A DNA stretch of 64,000 nucleotides from an uncultured Pseudomonadota bacterium (GTDB lineage Bacteria > Pseudomonadota > Gammaproteobacteria > Methylococcales > Methylomonadaceae): positions 3,884-67,883 of the forward strand of contig CAINDC010000196.1 in assembly GCA_903847275.1 (NCBI GenBank). The letters are read 5' to 3'. Positions 33,621 through 42,245 of the stretch are shown piece after piece. Position numbers and translations under genes: made by a program. Every line of letters starts with the position of its first letter. Position 1 is the first letter of the stretch. The notes below the pieces were generated by a model, which worked only from the letters and a program-made list of their open reading frames with translations, was not told the origin of the DNA and ran no database searches.

Positions 33621-34973
33621 TCATAGTTTGATATTAAGCGAATGCAATTTTCGATATAAATGTGTTCGCTCCATGCCAACAGCAGCCGATAATTTCGCCA
33701 CGCTGCCACCTGTTTTTTCAAAATGATATTCCAAATAGGCTTTTTCAAAATGATCACGCGCTTCTTTTAGTGGCAAATTAAAAAATTCTGGGACAGATGA
33801 CATCATCATCGAATCACCACTAATTCTCCCCACTGTATTTTTTACCTCATCTAACTCAATTGCTTCACCTACGCCCAAAATCATCAAGCGTTGCACCACA
33901 TTTTTGAGTTCACGGACATTGCCACGCCAGCTGTAATTGCGTAAATAATTTTGTGCAGCCATCGAAAAACGTCTAAATGGTAATTTTTCATGCGTTACAA
34001 AATAATCCACATAAGAATTCAATAATGCAGGTACGTCTTCGCTGTGTTCACGCAACGGAGCAATCGTTAACGTTACTTCATTGAGCAAATAATAAAGCTC
34101 ATGTCGAAATCGTCCCAAACGCACTTCTTCATCTAACGCCATGCGTGTTGAAGCCATCACATGAACATTTACATTCACTGCTTCACTGCCACCTACTCGT
34201 AAAAATGAACTCGATTCCAACGCGCTCAATAAACGCAATTGGGTTTCTTTATCCATGTCGCCAATTTCGCCCAAAAATAACGTGCCATTATTCGCACGTT
34301 CGAGTAATCCTTGATAAATTCGATGTCCGTCTTCTTTGCCAAAAAACTCAACTGCTGAATTTTCAGGTGAAATGCTGCCGACCGCAACGTTGATAAACGC
34401 GCCATTTTTGTGTGCGCTGTGATTGTGCAAATATCGCGCATAGAGTTCTTTGCCAACGCCCGCCTCACCAACAAATAAAACACGCGTGTCATGCTGCGCG
34501 AGACGTTTCAATTGTTCTTTGGTTCGCGCAACCGCTATACTTTTTCCTGTAGGCTCAATATCAATATGAATCGTGGGACGCAAACCTGCATTTTGTTGAC
34601 CTGCTTCTAAGGCTTTTTCGACAAGTAATAATAATTTTGCCAACGACAATGGTTTTTCTAAAAAGTCGAACGCACCTAATCGTGTCGCTTCAACAGCGGC
34701 TTCAACAGAACCATGTCCAGACATCATAATGACAGGACACAATGTTTTTTCTTCGGCGAGCCATTCCTTTAACAAGGTAATCCCGTCTGTGTCAGGCATC
34801 CAAATATCAAGCAAAATCAAATCGGGTTTAGTCGAAATTTTTAACTCTTTCGCGACGCTAGCATTTTCAGCCATACTGACTTGATAGCCTTCGTCTTCTA
34901 AAATTTCGCCTAATAAATGGCGAATATCGGGTTCATCATCAACAACTAAAATACGCGAAAATTGATTACTCAT
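33621..34973 (-). CDS. NtrC-family response regulator with degenerate AAA+ domain (REC-AAA+-Fis HTH; no GAFTGA)
   Basis: Start could be 34973 (MSNQFSRILVVDDEPD) or 35006. Receiver Asp in LLDIWMPDTDG and Walker A GEAGVGKE are present. The GAFTGA loop is absent and Walker B reads LFLGEIG. C-terminal Fis-type HTH. Confidence 0.8.
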   Translation of the reverse strand: MSNQFSRILVVDDEPDIRHLLGEILEDEGYQVSMAENASVAKELKISTKPDLILLDIWMPDTDGITLLKEWLAEEKTLCPVIMMSGHGSVEAAVEATRLGAFDFLEKPLSLAKLLLLVEKALEAGQQNAGLRPTIHIDIEPTGKSIAVARTKEQLKRLAQHDTRVLFVGEAGVGKELYARYLHNHSAHKNGAFINVAVGSISPENSAVEFFGKEDGHRIYQGLLERANNGTLFLGEIGDMDKETQLRLLSALESSSFLRVGGSEAVNVNVHVMASTRMALDEEVRLGRFRHELYYLLNEVTLTIAPLREHSEDVPALLNSYVDYFVTHEKLPFRRFSMAAQNYLRNYSWRGNVRELKNVVQRLMILGVGEAIELDEVKNTVGRISGDSMMMSSVPEFFNLPLKEARDHFEKAYLEYHFEKTGGSVAKLSAAVGMERTHLYRKLHSLNIKL

Positions 34974-35087
34974 AAGGTTTTTATAGATTGAATTAAAGTG
35001 ACGCAAATCATGGCATTCTATAGTTTTAGATGCAATCGCGATTTTGAAGGTAAAATTGAAACAAATGAAAATTCAACAAAACAAATT

Positions 35088-36683
35088 ATGATTCAAATTT
35101 TGATTTTATGGGCGATTCTGATTGCTATAAATTTAACGATTCGCCCGTTAATGCCTATCGACGAAACTCGTTATGTTGGTGTGGCGTGGGAAATGTGGCA
35201 GCGTGGTGATTTTTTAGTGCCACATCTCAACGGTGAAACTTATAGCCATAAACCGCCGCTGTTATTTTGGTTGATGCAACTTAGTTGGTGGATTTTTGGC
35301 GTTAATGAATGGACTCCGCGTTTAATTTCGCCATTATTTGCGCTAGGTTCGACATTATTATCAGGTTCAATCGCTCGTGAATTATGGCGTGAACGATCGC
35401 AAATCGCAGAAATTACGCCGTTCATTTTACTTGGCACATCGTTTTGGTTGATTTTCAGCACATTGACGATGTTCGATATGCTGTTGGCATTTTTTGTTTT
35501 ATTGGCAATTTTTAGTTTATTAAAATTGTCGCGTTCAAATTCGTGGCGTGACGTGTTTTTACTTGGCTTTGCAATCGGAGGTGGCGTATTAAGCAAAGGA
35601 CCTGTTGTGTTATTGCAAATTTTACCTGTGGCATTGCTTGCACCGTGGTGGTTGCAGAATAAAACGGCTGATTTTCGGTGGCACGAGTGGTATTTAAAAT
35701 TAGTTGCCGCGATTTTTATTGGCGCAAGTTTGGCGTTAGCGTGGGCAATTCCAGCAGGAATTTCGGGCGGTGAAGATTATCGAAATGCAATTTTTCTCGG
35801 ACAAACCAGCGGACGATTAGTGAAGTCTTTCGCACATCAATTACCGTGGTATTGGTATTTAGAACGTTTGCCGTTGTTATTATTGCCATGGATATTTTTC
35901 AAACCGCTGTGGCAAGGTGCTAAACAACTGACGTTAAACGATACTGGCGTGCGATTTTGTATCGCGTGGGCATTACCCGTTTTTTTGATGTTTTCATTAG
36001 TGAGTGGCAAACGGATTCATTATTTGTTGCCTTTGATTCCAGCGTTGGCGTTATTGTTAGCGCGTGCCGCTGATGAAATAAAAGATATTCAAAAATGGCA
36101 AAAGTCGTATTTCTACGTTTGGTTTATTTTTGCTTTTATCGCTGTGATTTTAGGTTTATTTCCCGCGTTGAATACCGTCTATCATTGGAATAAAGCGTTA
36201 AATGGATTTAATCCAATTTGGGGGGCTATATTAGAAATCATGCTGTTTTTTGTGATTTGTTCCAATCAAACAAATATACGCCAAATCATTTTTTACACTT
36301 GTATCCTTTCGATTGCTGCGCCGACATTGATAGCAGCGAGTTATCTGAATGTGTATGCCGAACGTTTTGACACAAAACCGATTGCTGAAAAAATTGCCCA
36401 CAACGTGTCGAAAAATAAACCTGTGGCATTTTATACGGGTAAATATCACGATCAATTTCAATTTCACGGACGATTAACACAGCCGATGACGCTTTTGAAT
36501 TCGCCAGAAACTTTACAAACTTGGGTACAAGAACATTCGGATGGATTTGTTTTGGTCGATTCCGAAAAATTGCCAAAAGATGTCTTGGTTTATTCGCACG
36601 CTTATCGAGCGGGACAATTAGGATTTGTTCAAACTGAAACTTTGAAAAAATATCCCGATTTAATTCATACATTGCAGCCTTAA
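35088..36683 (+). CDS. Family-39 glycosyltransferase (ArnT/PMT-like, polytopic membrane protein)
   Basis: Start trimmed to MIQILILWAIL. DETRYVGVAWEM ... YSHKPPLLFWL motif region and many TM segments. Confidence 0.8.
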   Translation: MIQILILWAILIAINLTIRPLMPIDETRYVGVAWEMWQRGDFLVPHLNGETYSHKPPLLFWLMQLSWWIFGVNEWTPRLISPLFALGSTLLSGSIARELWRERSQIAEITPFILLGTSFWLIFSTLTMFDMLLAFFVLLAIFSLLKLSRSNSWRDVFLLGFAIGGGVLSKGPVVLLQILPVALLAPWWLQNKTADFRWHEWYLKLVAAIFIGASLALAWAIPAGISGGEDYRNAIFLGQTSGRLVKSFAHQLPWYWYLERLPLLLLPWIFFKPLWQGAKQLTLNDTGVRFCIAWALPVFLMFSLVSGKRIHYLLPLIPALALLLARAADEIKDIQKWQKSYFYVWFIFAFIAVILGLFPALNTVYHWNKALNGFNPIWGAILEIMLFFVICSNQTNIRQIIFYTCILSIAAPTLIAASYLNVYAERFDTKPIAEKIAHNVSKNKPVAFYTGKYHDQFQFHGRLTQPMTLLNSPETLQTWVQEHSDGFVLVDSEKLPKDVLVYSHAYRAGQLGFVQTETLKKYPDLIHTLQP

Positions 36684-36687
36684 AATT

Positions 36688-37830
36688 ATGTTTAGACTTA
36701 GCCAATATATGCGCGAAGTGATTGCGCCCACGCCAATAAAACCGACACGAAAACCACTCGCGCCTGTGGTGATTTGGAATTTAATTCGGCGTTGCAATTT
36801 AATCTGCCAACATTGTTACACCACATCGGCAGACAAAGATTTTCCAAACGAACTGACTACGCCTGAAATTTACACGGCGATGGACGATTTAAAAGCGTTT
36901 AAAGTTCCCGTGTTGATTTTATCGGGCGGCGAACCCTTGTTACATCCTGATATTTTTGCTATTTCACAACGCGCCAAAGACATGGTTTTTTATGTTGCGT
37001 TGTCGAGTAACGGCACAAAGATTTCACCCGAAAATATCAACCAAATTGCAGCCATAAATTATTCGTATATTGGCGTGAGTTTGGATGGCATTCAAGACAC
37101 ACACGACGCGTTTCGACGCTCGAAAGGTTCGTTTAATCAAGCATTGCGTGGTATCGAATTGTGTTTAGAAAAAGGTATTAAAGTCGGCATTCGCTACACT
37201 TTAACGCAATCGAACGCACATGATTTTCCCGCGATGTTGCAATTGATGGACGATTACAACATTGATAAATTTTATTTGTCACATTTGAATTATGGCGGAC
37301 GCGGTAATAAAAATCGAGGCGATGACGCGCATTTCACGATGACACGCGACGCAATGGATTTATTGTTTGAAACTTGTTATCGCTGGGAGTTGGAAGGCAA
37401 AGAGCGCGAATTTGTCACGGGCAACAATGATGCTGATGCTGTTTATTTCTTGCATTGGGTACGCGCTCGATTTCCTGAAAAAGCCGCGCATATTCAAGCT
37501 AAATTAGAACAATGGGGCGGTAATTCGTCGGGGGTGAATGTGGCGAATATCGATAATCTTGGCAATGTTCATCCCGACACATTTTGGTGGCATTACAATT
37601 TGGGCAATGTGAAAGACCGCCCCTTCTCTGAAATTTGGCAAGATACTCGCGACCCGTTAATGGCAGGTTTGAAAAGTTCACCGCGTCCACTCGAAGGACG
37701 TTGTAAAACTTGCCATTATCAACCGATTTGTAATGGCAATACTCGCGTCCGTGCGGCACAAACAACTGGAAATTATTGGGCAGAAGATTCAGGTTGTTAT
37801 TTGAATGATGATGAAATAACGCCTAATTAA
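36688..37830 (+). CDS. nirJ: Radical SAM protein NirJ (heme d1 biosynthesis type)
   Basis: 380 aa. VVIWNLIRRCNLICQHCY radical-SAM cluster, LILSGGEPLL, and a C-terminal Cys-rich (SPASM-like) region GRCKTCHYQPICNGNTR. Collinear with NirJ as I recall it. Confidence 0.7.
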   Translation: MFRLSQYMREVIAPTPIKPTRKPLAPVVIWNLIRRCNLICQHCYTTSADKDFPNELTTPEIYTAMDDLKAFKVPVLILSGGEPLLHPDIFAISQRAKDMVFYVALSSNGTKISPENINQIAAINYSYIGVSLDGIQDTHDAFRRSKGSFNQALRGIELCLEKGIKVGIRYTLTQSNAHDFPAMLQLMDDYNIDKFYLSHLNYGGRGNKNRGDDAHFTMTRDAMDLLFETCYRWELEGKEREFVTGNNDADAVYFLHWVRARFPEKAAHIQAKLEQWGGNSSGVNVANIDNLGNVHPDTFWWHYNLGNVKDRPFSEIWQDTRDPLMAGLKSSPRPLEGRCKTCHYQPICNGNTRVRAAQTTGNYWAEDSGCYLNDDEITPN

Positions 37831-37834
37831 CCGT

Positions 37835-39163
37835 TTATTTTTTCGCAACGTTAATTTTTTGTGGTTCTAAATAAGCAACATTCAAATGGTCATCAATCAG
37901 ATATTTTCGCGCCACATTCCGAACTTGTTCCGCTGTGACTTGATTGATTTTTGCTACATATTCACCTTCTTTTTTCCAACCCAAACCAACAGTTTCAAGC
38001 ATTCCGAGTTGCATGGCTTGATAAAAATTTGAATCGCGTTGATAAACTTCGCTGGCTAACACTTGCGCTTTAATGCGTTGTAATTCGGCGGGTTCAACGA
38101 GTTTGGTTTGTAGTTTTGCAATTTCTTCTTTCAAAGCCGCTTCAATATCCCAAACGGTTTTACCTTCTGCTGGTGTGCCTTCCAGTTCAAATAAATCATC
38201 TAGCCGAGACGTTAAGTTATAACCTGCATTGGCTTCGACGGCGATTTGCTTGCCTCGAATTAACGAGCTACTCAAACGCGCACTGCTGCCACCATCTAAA
38301 ACACCTGCTAACACTTCCAACGCGTAGGCTTCGGATTCATCTTTGGCGGTTTTCAATGTTGGAACGTGATAACCCAATAAAACCGATGGCAATTTCGCGG
38401 GAACTTTGACCGTCATTTTGCGAACGCCAATTTGTGGAGCTTCTGTTTGAGGTTTGAGCGGCAAAATTTCGCTGGTTTTCAAATCGCCAAAATACTGTTG
38501 AGCTAACGCAAAAACGTCAGCGGTTTTCACATCGCCAACCACCACCAACGTGGCATTATTCGGCGCATACCAACGTTGATACCACGCTTGTAAATCTGGC
38601 GCAGTATAAGCCGCAATATCGGTTTGCCAACCAATAATCGGGTGTTTATACGGGCTACTCGTGTAAGCCATCGCGGCAAATTGTTCTGCCATTTTCGCTT
38701 GCGGATTATCTTCGGTACGCATTCGGCGTTCTTCGGTGACAACTTCGAGTTCTTTTTTTAATTCTTCAGGCAAAATGTGCAAATAGCGCATTCTGTCAGC
38801 TTCCAATTCAAAACTTACCGCTAATTTTGATGCCGCCATCGTTTGAAAATACGCGGTGTAATCTTGCCCTGTGAACGCATTTTCTTCACCACCATTTTCT
38901 GCAATGATGCGTGAAAATTCACCCGCTGGATGTTTGTCTGTGCCTTTGAACATAGTATGTTCAAGCATGTGCGAAATGCCCGTGATGCCATTCGGTTCAT
39001 AGCTTGAACCCACTTTATACCAAACTTGCGACACGACAACAGGCGAACGATGGTCTTCTTGCACCAAAATTTTTAAGCCGTTTGACAAAACGTGTTCAAA
39101 AATTTGTGGCGCGGCAAAACTGGTCGCGGGTAAAAGTAACAACAGAGATAAAAATTTTTTCAT
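37835..39163 (-). CDS. Secreted M16-family zinc peptidase (pitrilysin-like)
   Basis: 442 aa. Signal peptide and HMLEHTMFKGT inverted zinc-binding motif (HxxEH). Confidence 0.85.
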   Translation of the reverse strand: MKKFLSLLLLLPATSFAAPQIFEHVLSNGLKILVQEDHRSPVVVSQVWYKVGSSYEPNGITGISHMLEHTMFKGTDKHPAGEFSRIIAENGGEENAFTGQDYTAYFQTMAASKLAVSFELEADRMRYLHILPEELKKELEVVTEERRMRTEDNPQAKMAEQFAAMAYTSSPYKHPIIGWQTDIAAYTAPDLQAWYQRWYAPNNATLVVVGDVKTADVFALAQQYFGDLKTSEILPLKPQTEAPQIGVRKMTVKVPAKLPSVLLGYHVPTLKTAKDESEAYALEVLAGVLDGGSSARLSSSLIRGKQIAVEANAGYNLTSRLDDLFELEGTPAEGKTVWDIEAALKEEIAKLQTKLVEPAELQRIKAQVLASEVYQRDSNFYQAMQLGMLETVGLGWKKEGEYVAKINQVTAEQVRNVARKYLIDDHLNVAYLEPQKINVAKK

Positions 39164-39190
39164 AAAAATTCCATAACAAAAAATAAAGTA

Positions 39191-39583
39191 TTACAACGGA
39201 TTAAATACTTCTAAACCTTTCACTTTCACAAAATCATCGACATTTCGTGTGACTAAAACTTTGTCATTTACCAAAGCAGTTGCCGCGATAATGGCATCAG
39301 GCAGTTTGATTTTGTAATCCATGCGTAATTGAATGCAGTAGTCCGCAATAACTTGATTTAATGCAAATTCTTCAAATAGCGACAACAACCCACGCGCTTT
39401 TTCAAGAGATTCTTTGTCGTGACCTTGCCAGCCTAACACTTCGATTTTCGTGATAATCGACATCGAACTTCCCGATAAAATCATTTCATCAAGTTGCATC
39501 TTTACCGATTCGGGCAATTGTTTATTCAGGTAATAAATGAGAATGTTGGTATCAATCACCGTATTATTCGGCATTCGCATCAT
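39191..39583 (-). CDS. vapC: PIN-domain toxin, VapC family
   Basis: 130 aa. N-terminal VIDTNILIYYL (PIN Asp), internal DAIIAATAL, C-terminal TRNVDDF. Confidence 0.8.
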   Translation of the reverse strand: MMRMPNNTVIDTNILIYYLNKQLPESVKMQLDEMILSGSSMSIITKIEVLGWQGHDKESLEKARGLLSLFEEFALNQVIADYCIQLRMDYKIKLPDAIIAATALVNDKVLVTRNVDDFVKVKGLEVFNPL

Positions 39584-39819
39584 TCTCTATCCCATTCGGA
39601 ACGCATTTGTGCAATATCAAAATCAATTTGTTCGATAGATTTTGTTTGTTTTACACAGCCCCACGCCTGTTGCAATACCCGCTGTTTTTGGTTTTCTTGT
39701 ATTTTTTGCGGCGTTTCCATAAACGTAACAATTACTTGGACATTATCATAATGGCTAGGCACATCGTCTAACCAATTCAAATGCCCTTGTTTATAAACTG
39801 CGGCGTAACTTTTCAACAT
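39580..39819 (-). CDS. Cognate antitoxin (small, DUF104/AF2212-like)
   Basis: Start trimmed to MLKSYAAVYKQGHLNWLDD with a GAGG SD 5-6 nt upstream. 79 aa. Its stop overlaps the vapC start by 4 nt. Confidence 0.6.
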   Translation of the reverse strand: MLKSYAAVYKQGHLNWLDDVPSHYDNVQVIVTFMETPQKIQENQKQRVLQQAWGCVKQTKSIEQIDFDIAQMRSEWDRE

Positions 39820-39945
39820 AAAAACCTCACAATTCAAAAAATCAGGGCAACCACAAAGGATTGCCACTACAAAATCAAAATCCTCAACACCCACAAAGCC
39901 AAAATAAATACGTCCAAAATGGCTTTGTATTTTCAAAACATATAA

Positions 39946-41151
39946 TTACATTTTGGTTCCAGTTGAGGTGGTCTTCATCACACACGCTGGCGTTGCTGGT
40001 ATTCCAAATTCAGGCATTGCTGGCATTGCTGGAGTCGATTGCTGTTCTAAATGAGAGATAGTTCCATCACTGTTATACGTTAACTGTCCAGAAATTGATG
40101 GCATAGGAAATGACGGCATTCCAGCAACTGGTGCAACTGTTGGAAATGTCACTTGGTAGCTAATCGTATTTTCATCAATCAGCGATGCTGAGTATGATGG
40201 CACAGAGCCATAAGGTGAAACTGGAAACGGAAAAGAGACTTGATTACCAGTAACTTTTATAGGCATTACACCTAGAGGCATTACAGGAGATTCACTGGGA
40301 CCTCCACAATTACTGCCATCAACTGTTCCCTTTAAATTCCAATTTCCATCGAATTTATTTGAACCTGATGTTGCTGTACCTTCATTAGGTGTATTTGGCG
40401 TAACATTTGGAATAATAGGAGTTGGAATTATTGGTTCAAATTCTGAAGAATTTTCCACTACCGTAAAGCTATCGCCCAATGAATCAATTTCAATGTCATT
40501 TTTATCAAATAAGCTAATTTGAAATTGTTGCTCTCCAATTTCTGTTAGTGTGAAATAAAAATAGAATGCCCTTGATTCTGTTGCTGCGGCAGTCATTGGT
40601 TGGAACTCTTCACCATTAACGCTGATTTTTATGCTGTAAAAATCTTTTGCCAACGGTTTATCTAACTTTACTCTGATTTGTACAGCGTTTCCGAGTGTAA
40701 TATATCCTTTCGGAACAACAGAAATACTGTCAATGGCTGGCGGTGTAGGAGTACCGACAGAAAAAGAGCGAATTAAACCTTTTTTGCTGTTATCTAGCGT
40801 TGTCTTACCAACAGCTTGAACTTGCCAAAAATAATTGCCGTCTGTTTTCAACATAGCATGAGTTGCCGCGACGTTATAAGAAGGCGACGCGACGGTGTAC
40901 ATAAAACACGTTTTGGTATTCAAGCATTTAAATTTGTTCGCATCGTAATTCGCAAAACTTTTATCGTTAGAAAATATCACACGATATTTAGTTGCGCCCG
41001 CTACCTTCTGCCAAGAAAACTTAGCCAACTTTTGCAATGGTAAATTAGCACTGTCTGCGGGTGTTAACATCTGTGGAGTGTTTAATGGTGCGGCTTGCAC
41101 CACGTTCACAACTAAAAACGCAAGTGGAATTACTGCTTTCAGATAATTCAT
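39946..41151 (-). CDS. Secreted hypothetical protein (FN3-like N-terminal domain, Met-Pro-rich C-terminus)
   Basis: Start trimmed to MNYLKAVIPLAFLVVNVVQA (signal peptide). WQKVAGATKYRVIF resembles an FN3-type strand. No family recognised. Confidence 0.5.
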   Translation of the reverse strand: MNYLKAVIPLAFLVVNVVQAAPLNTPQMLTPADSANLPLQKLAKFSWQKVAGATKYRVIFSNDKSFANYDANKFKCLNTKTCFMYTVASPSYNVAATHAMLKTDGNYFWQVQAVGKTTLDNSKKGLIRSFSVGTPTPPAIDSISVVPKGYITLGNAVQIRVKLDKPLAKDFYSIKISVNGEEFQPMTAAATESRAFYFYFTLTEIGEQQFQISLFDKNDIEIDSLGDSFTVVENSSEFEPIIPTPIIPNVTPNTPNEGTATSGSNKFDGNWNLKGTVDGSNCGGPSESPVMPLGVMPIKVTGNQVSFPFPVSPYGSVPSYSASLIDENTISYQVTFPTVAPVAGMPSFPMPSISGQLTYNSDGTISHLEQQSTPAMPAMPEFGIPATPACVMKTTSTGTKM

Positions 41152-41250
41152 TATTTGACCCATTTCTCGCATGATGAAAATCCCTTTAATAAAAACGGCG
41201 CATTGCCAAAACAATACGCCGCCGTGTTGAACAAATTAAAAACGCGACTA

Positions 41251-42189
41251 TTAGCCGTCTGCGTTAATTTTAGCAATAATATCTTTCAAATTTTGTTCAC
41301 AACCTTCGTTAGCCACTTGGCACGTTCCCGCGTTCAAATGTCCGCCGCCGTTGTAACTCAAACATAATTCGCCCACATTGGTGTTTGAAGTACGATTCAA
41401 AATTGATTTACCAATTGCAAAGACGGTATTTTGTTGCTTCATGCCCCACATAACGTGGATTGAAATGTTGCAATCAGGATAAAGCGCGTAAATCATGAAA
41501 CGATTTACCGCATAAATGGTTTCTTCGTTGCGTAAATCCAAAACAACCAAGTTGCCGTGAACCGTTGAACAACGTTGAATTTGTTCTTTCGCAGCCGCTT
41601 CGTGTTCTTTAAATAATTTCACACGTTCTTGAACGTCTGACAATTTCAAAATATCGTCAATTGAATGGTCTTTACAATACGCAATCAAGTCCATCATCAA
41701 TTGATAATTTGAAACGGTGAAATCTCTAAAGCGACCCAAACCAGTACGCGCATCCATCAAGAAATTCATCAACACCCAGCCATCTGGATTCAAAATTTCG
41801 TCTTTGTTGAACTGTGCCGCATCACCTTTATCAACCGCTTTCATCATTTCATTCCAGCTTGCTGGAAAACGTGATGCGCCACCGTAATAATCATAAACCA
41901 CACGCGCAGCAGAAGGTGCGTCAGGTGAAATGATGTGATTATCTTGTTTTTCGTTACGAATGGTTTCGCTCAAATGATGATCAAATGCCAAATGCACGCC
42001 TTTTACATACGGTAAATTGGTAGTGATGTCGTTGTCGGTGATGTCGATAATTTCATCTTGCATATCTTTTGGATGAACGAATTTAATTTCTTCAATTAAA
42101 TTCATTTCTTTCAAAAGTACCGCACAAATTAACCCGTCGAAATCGCTACGAGTCACTAATCTAAATTTTTTTTCTGTCATGATTTTCAC
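41251..42189 (-). CDS. DHH-superfamily phosphoesterase (NrnB / exopolyphosphatase-related type)
   Basis: 312 aa. SDFDGLICA, AFDHHLS (DHH) and NGGGHLNAG motifs. Confidence 0.6.
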   Translation of the reverse strand: MKIMTEKKFRLVTRSDFDGLICAVLLKEMNLIEEIKFVHPKDMQDEIIDITDNDITTNLPYVKGVHLAFDHHLSETIRNEKQDNHIISPDAPSAARVVYDYYGGASRFPASWNEMMKAVDKGDAAQFNKDEILNPDGWVLMNFLMDARTGLGRFRDFTVSNYQLMMDLIAYCKDHSIDDILKLSDVQERVKLFKEHEAAAKEQIQRCSTVHGNLVVLDLRNEETIYAVNRFMIYALYPDCNISIHVMWGMKQQNTVFAIGKSILNRTSNTNVGELCLSYNGGGHLNAGTCQVANEGCEQNLKDIIAKINADG

Positions 42190-42245
42190 CTTAAAAATAT
42201 AAAAAAACGTTCTCCGTAAACGTCACGGATTATTTATTGTAGCAT

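Noticed and set aside
36286-36705. 139-aa minus-strand ORF spanning the GT39/nirJ junction
   Set aside because: Antisense to the 3' end of the GT39 gene, with no SD or family signal. The plus-strand genes account for the region.
36688-39163. Radical SAM protein plus M16 peptidase as a RiPP (PQQ-like) biosynthetic pair
   Set aside because: The genes are convergent and no precursor-peptide ORF is visible. The radical SAM protein is collinear with NirJ rather than with PqqE-type maturases.
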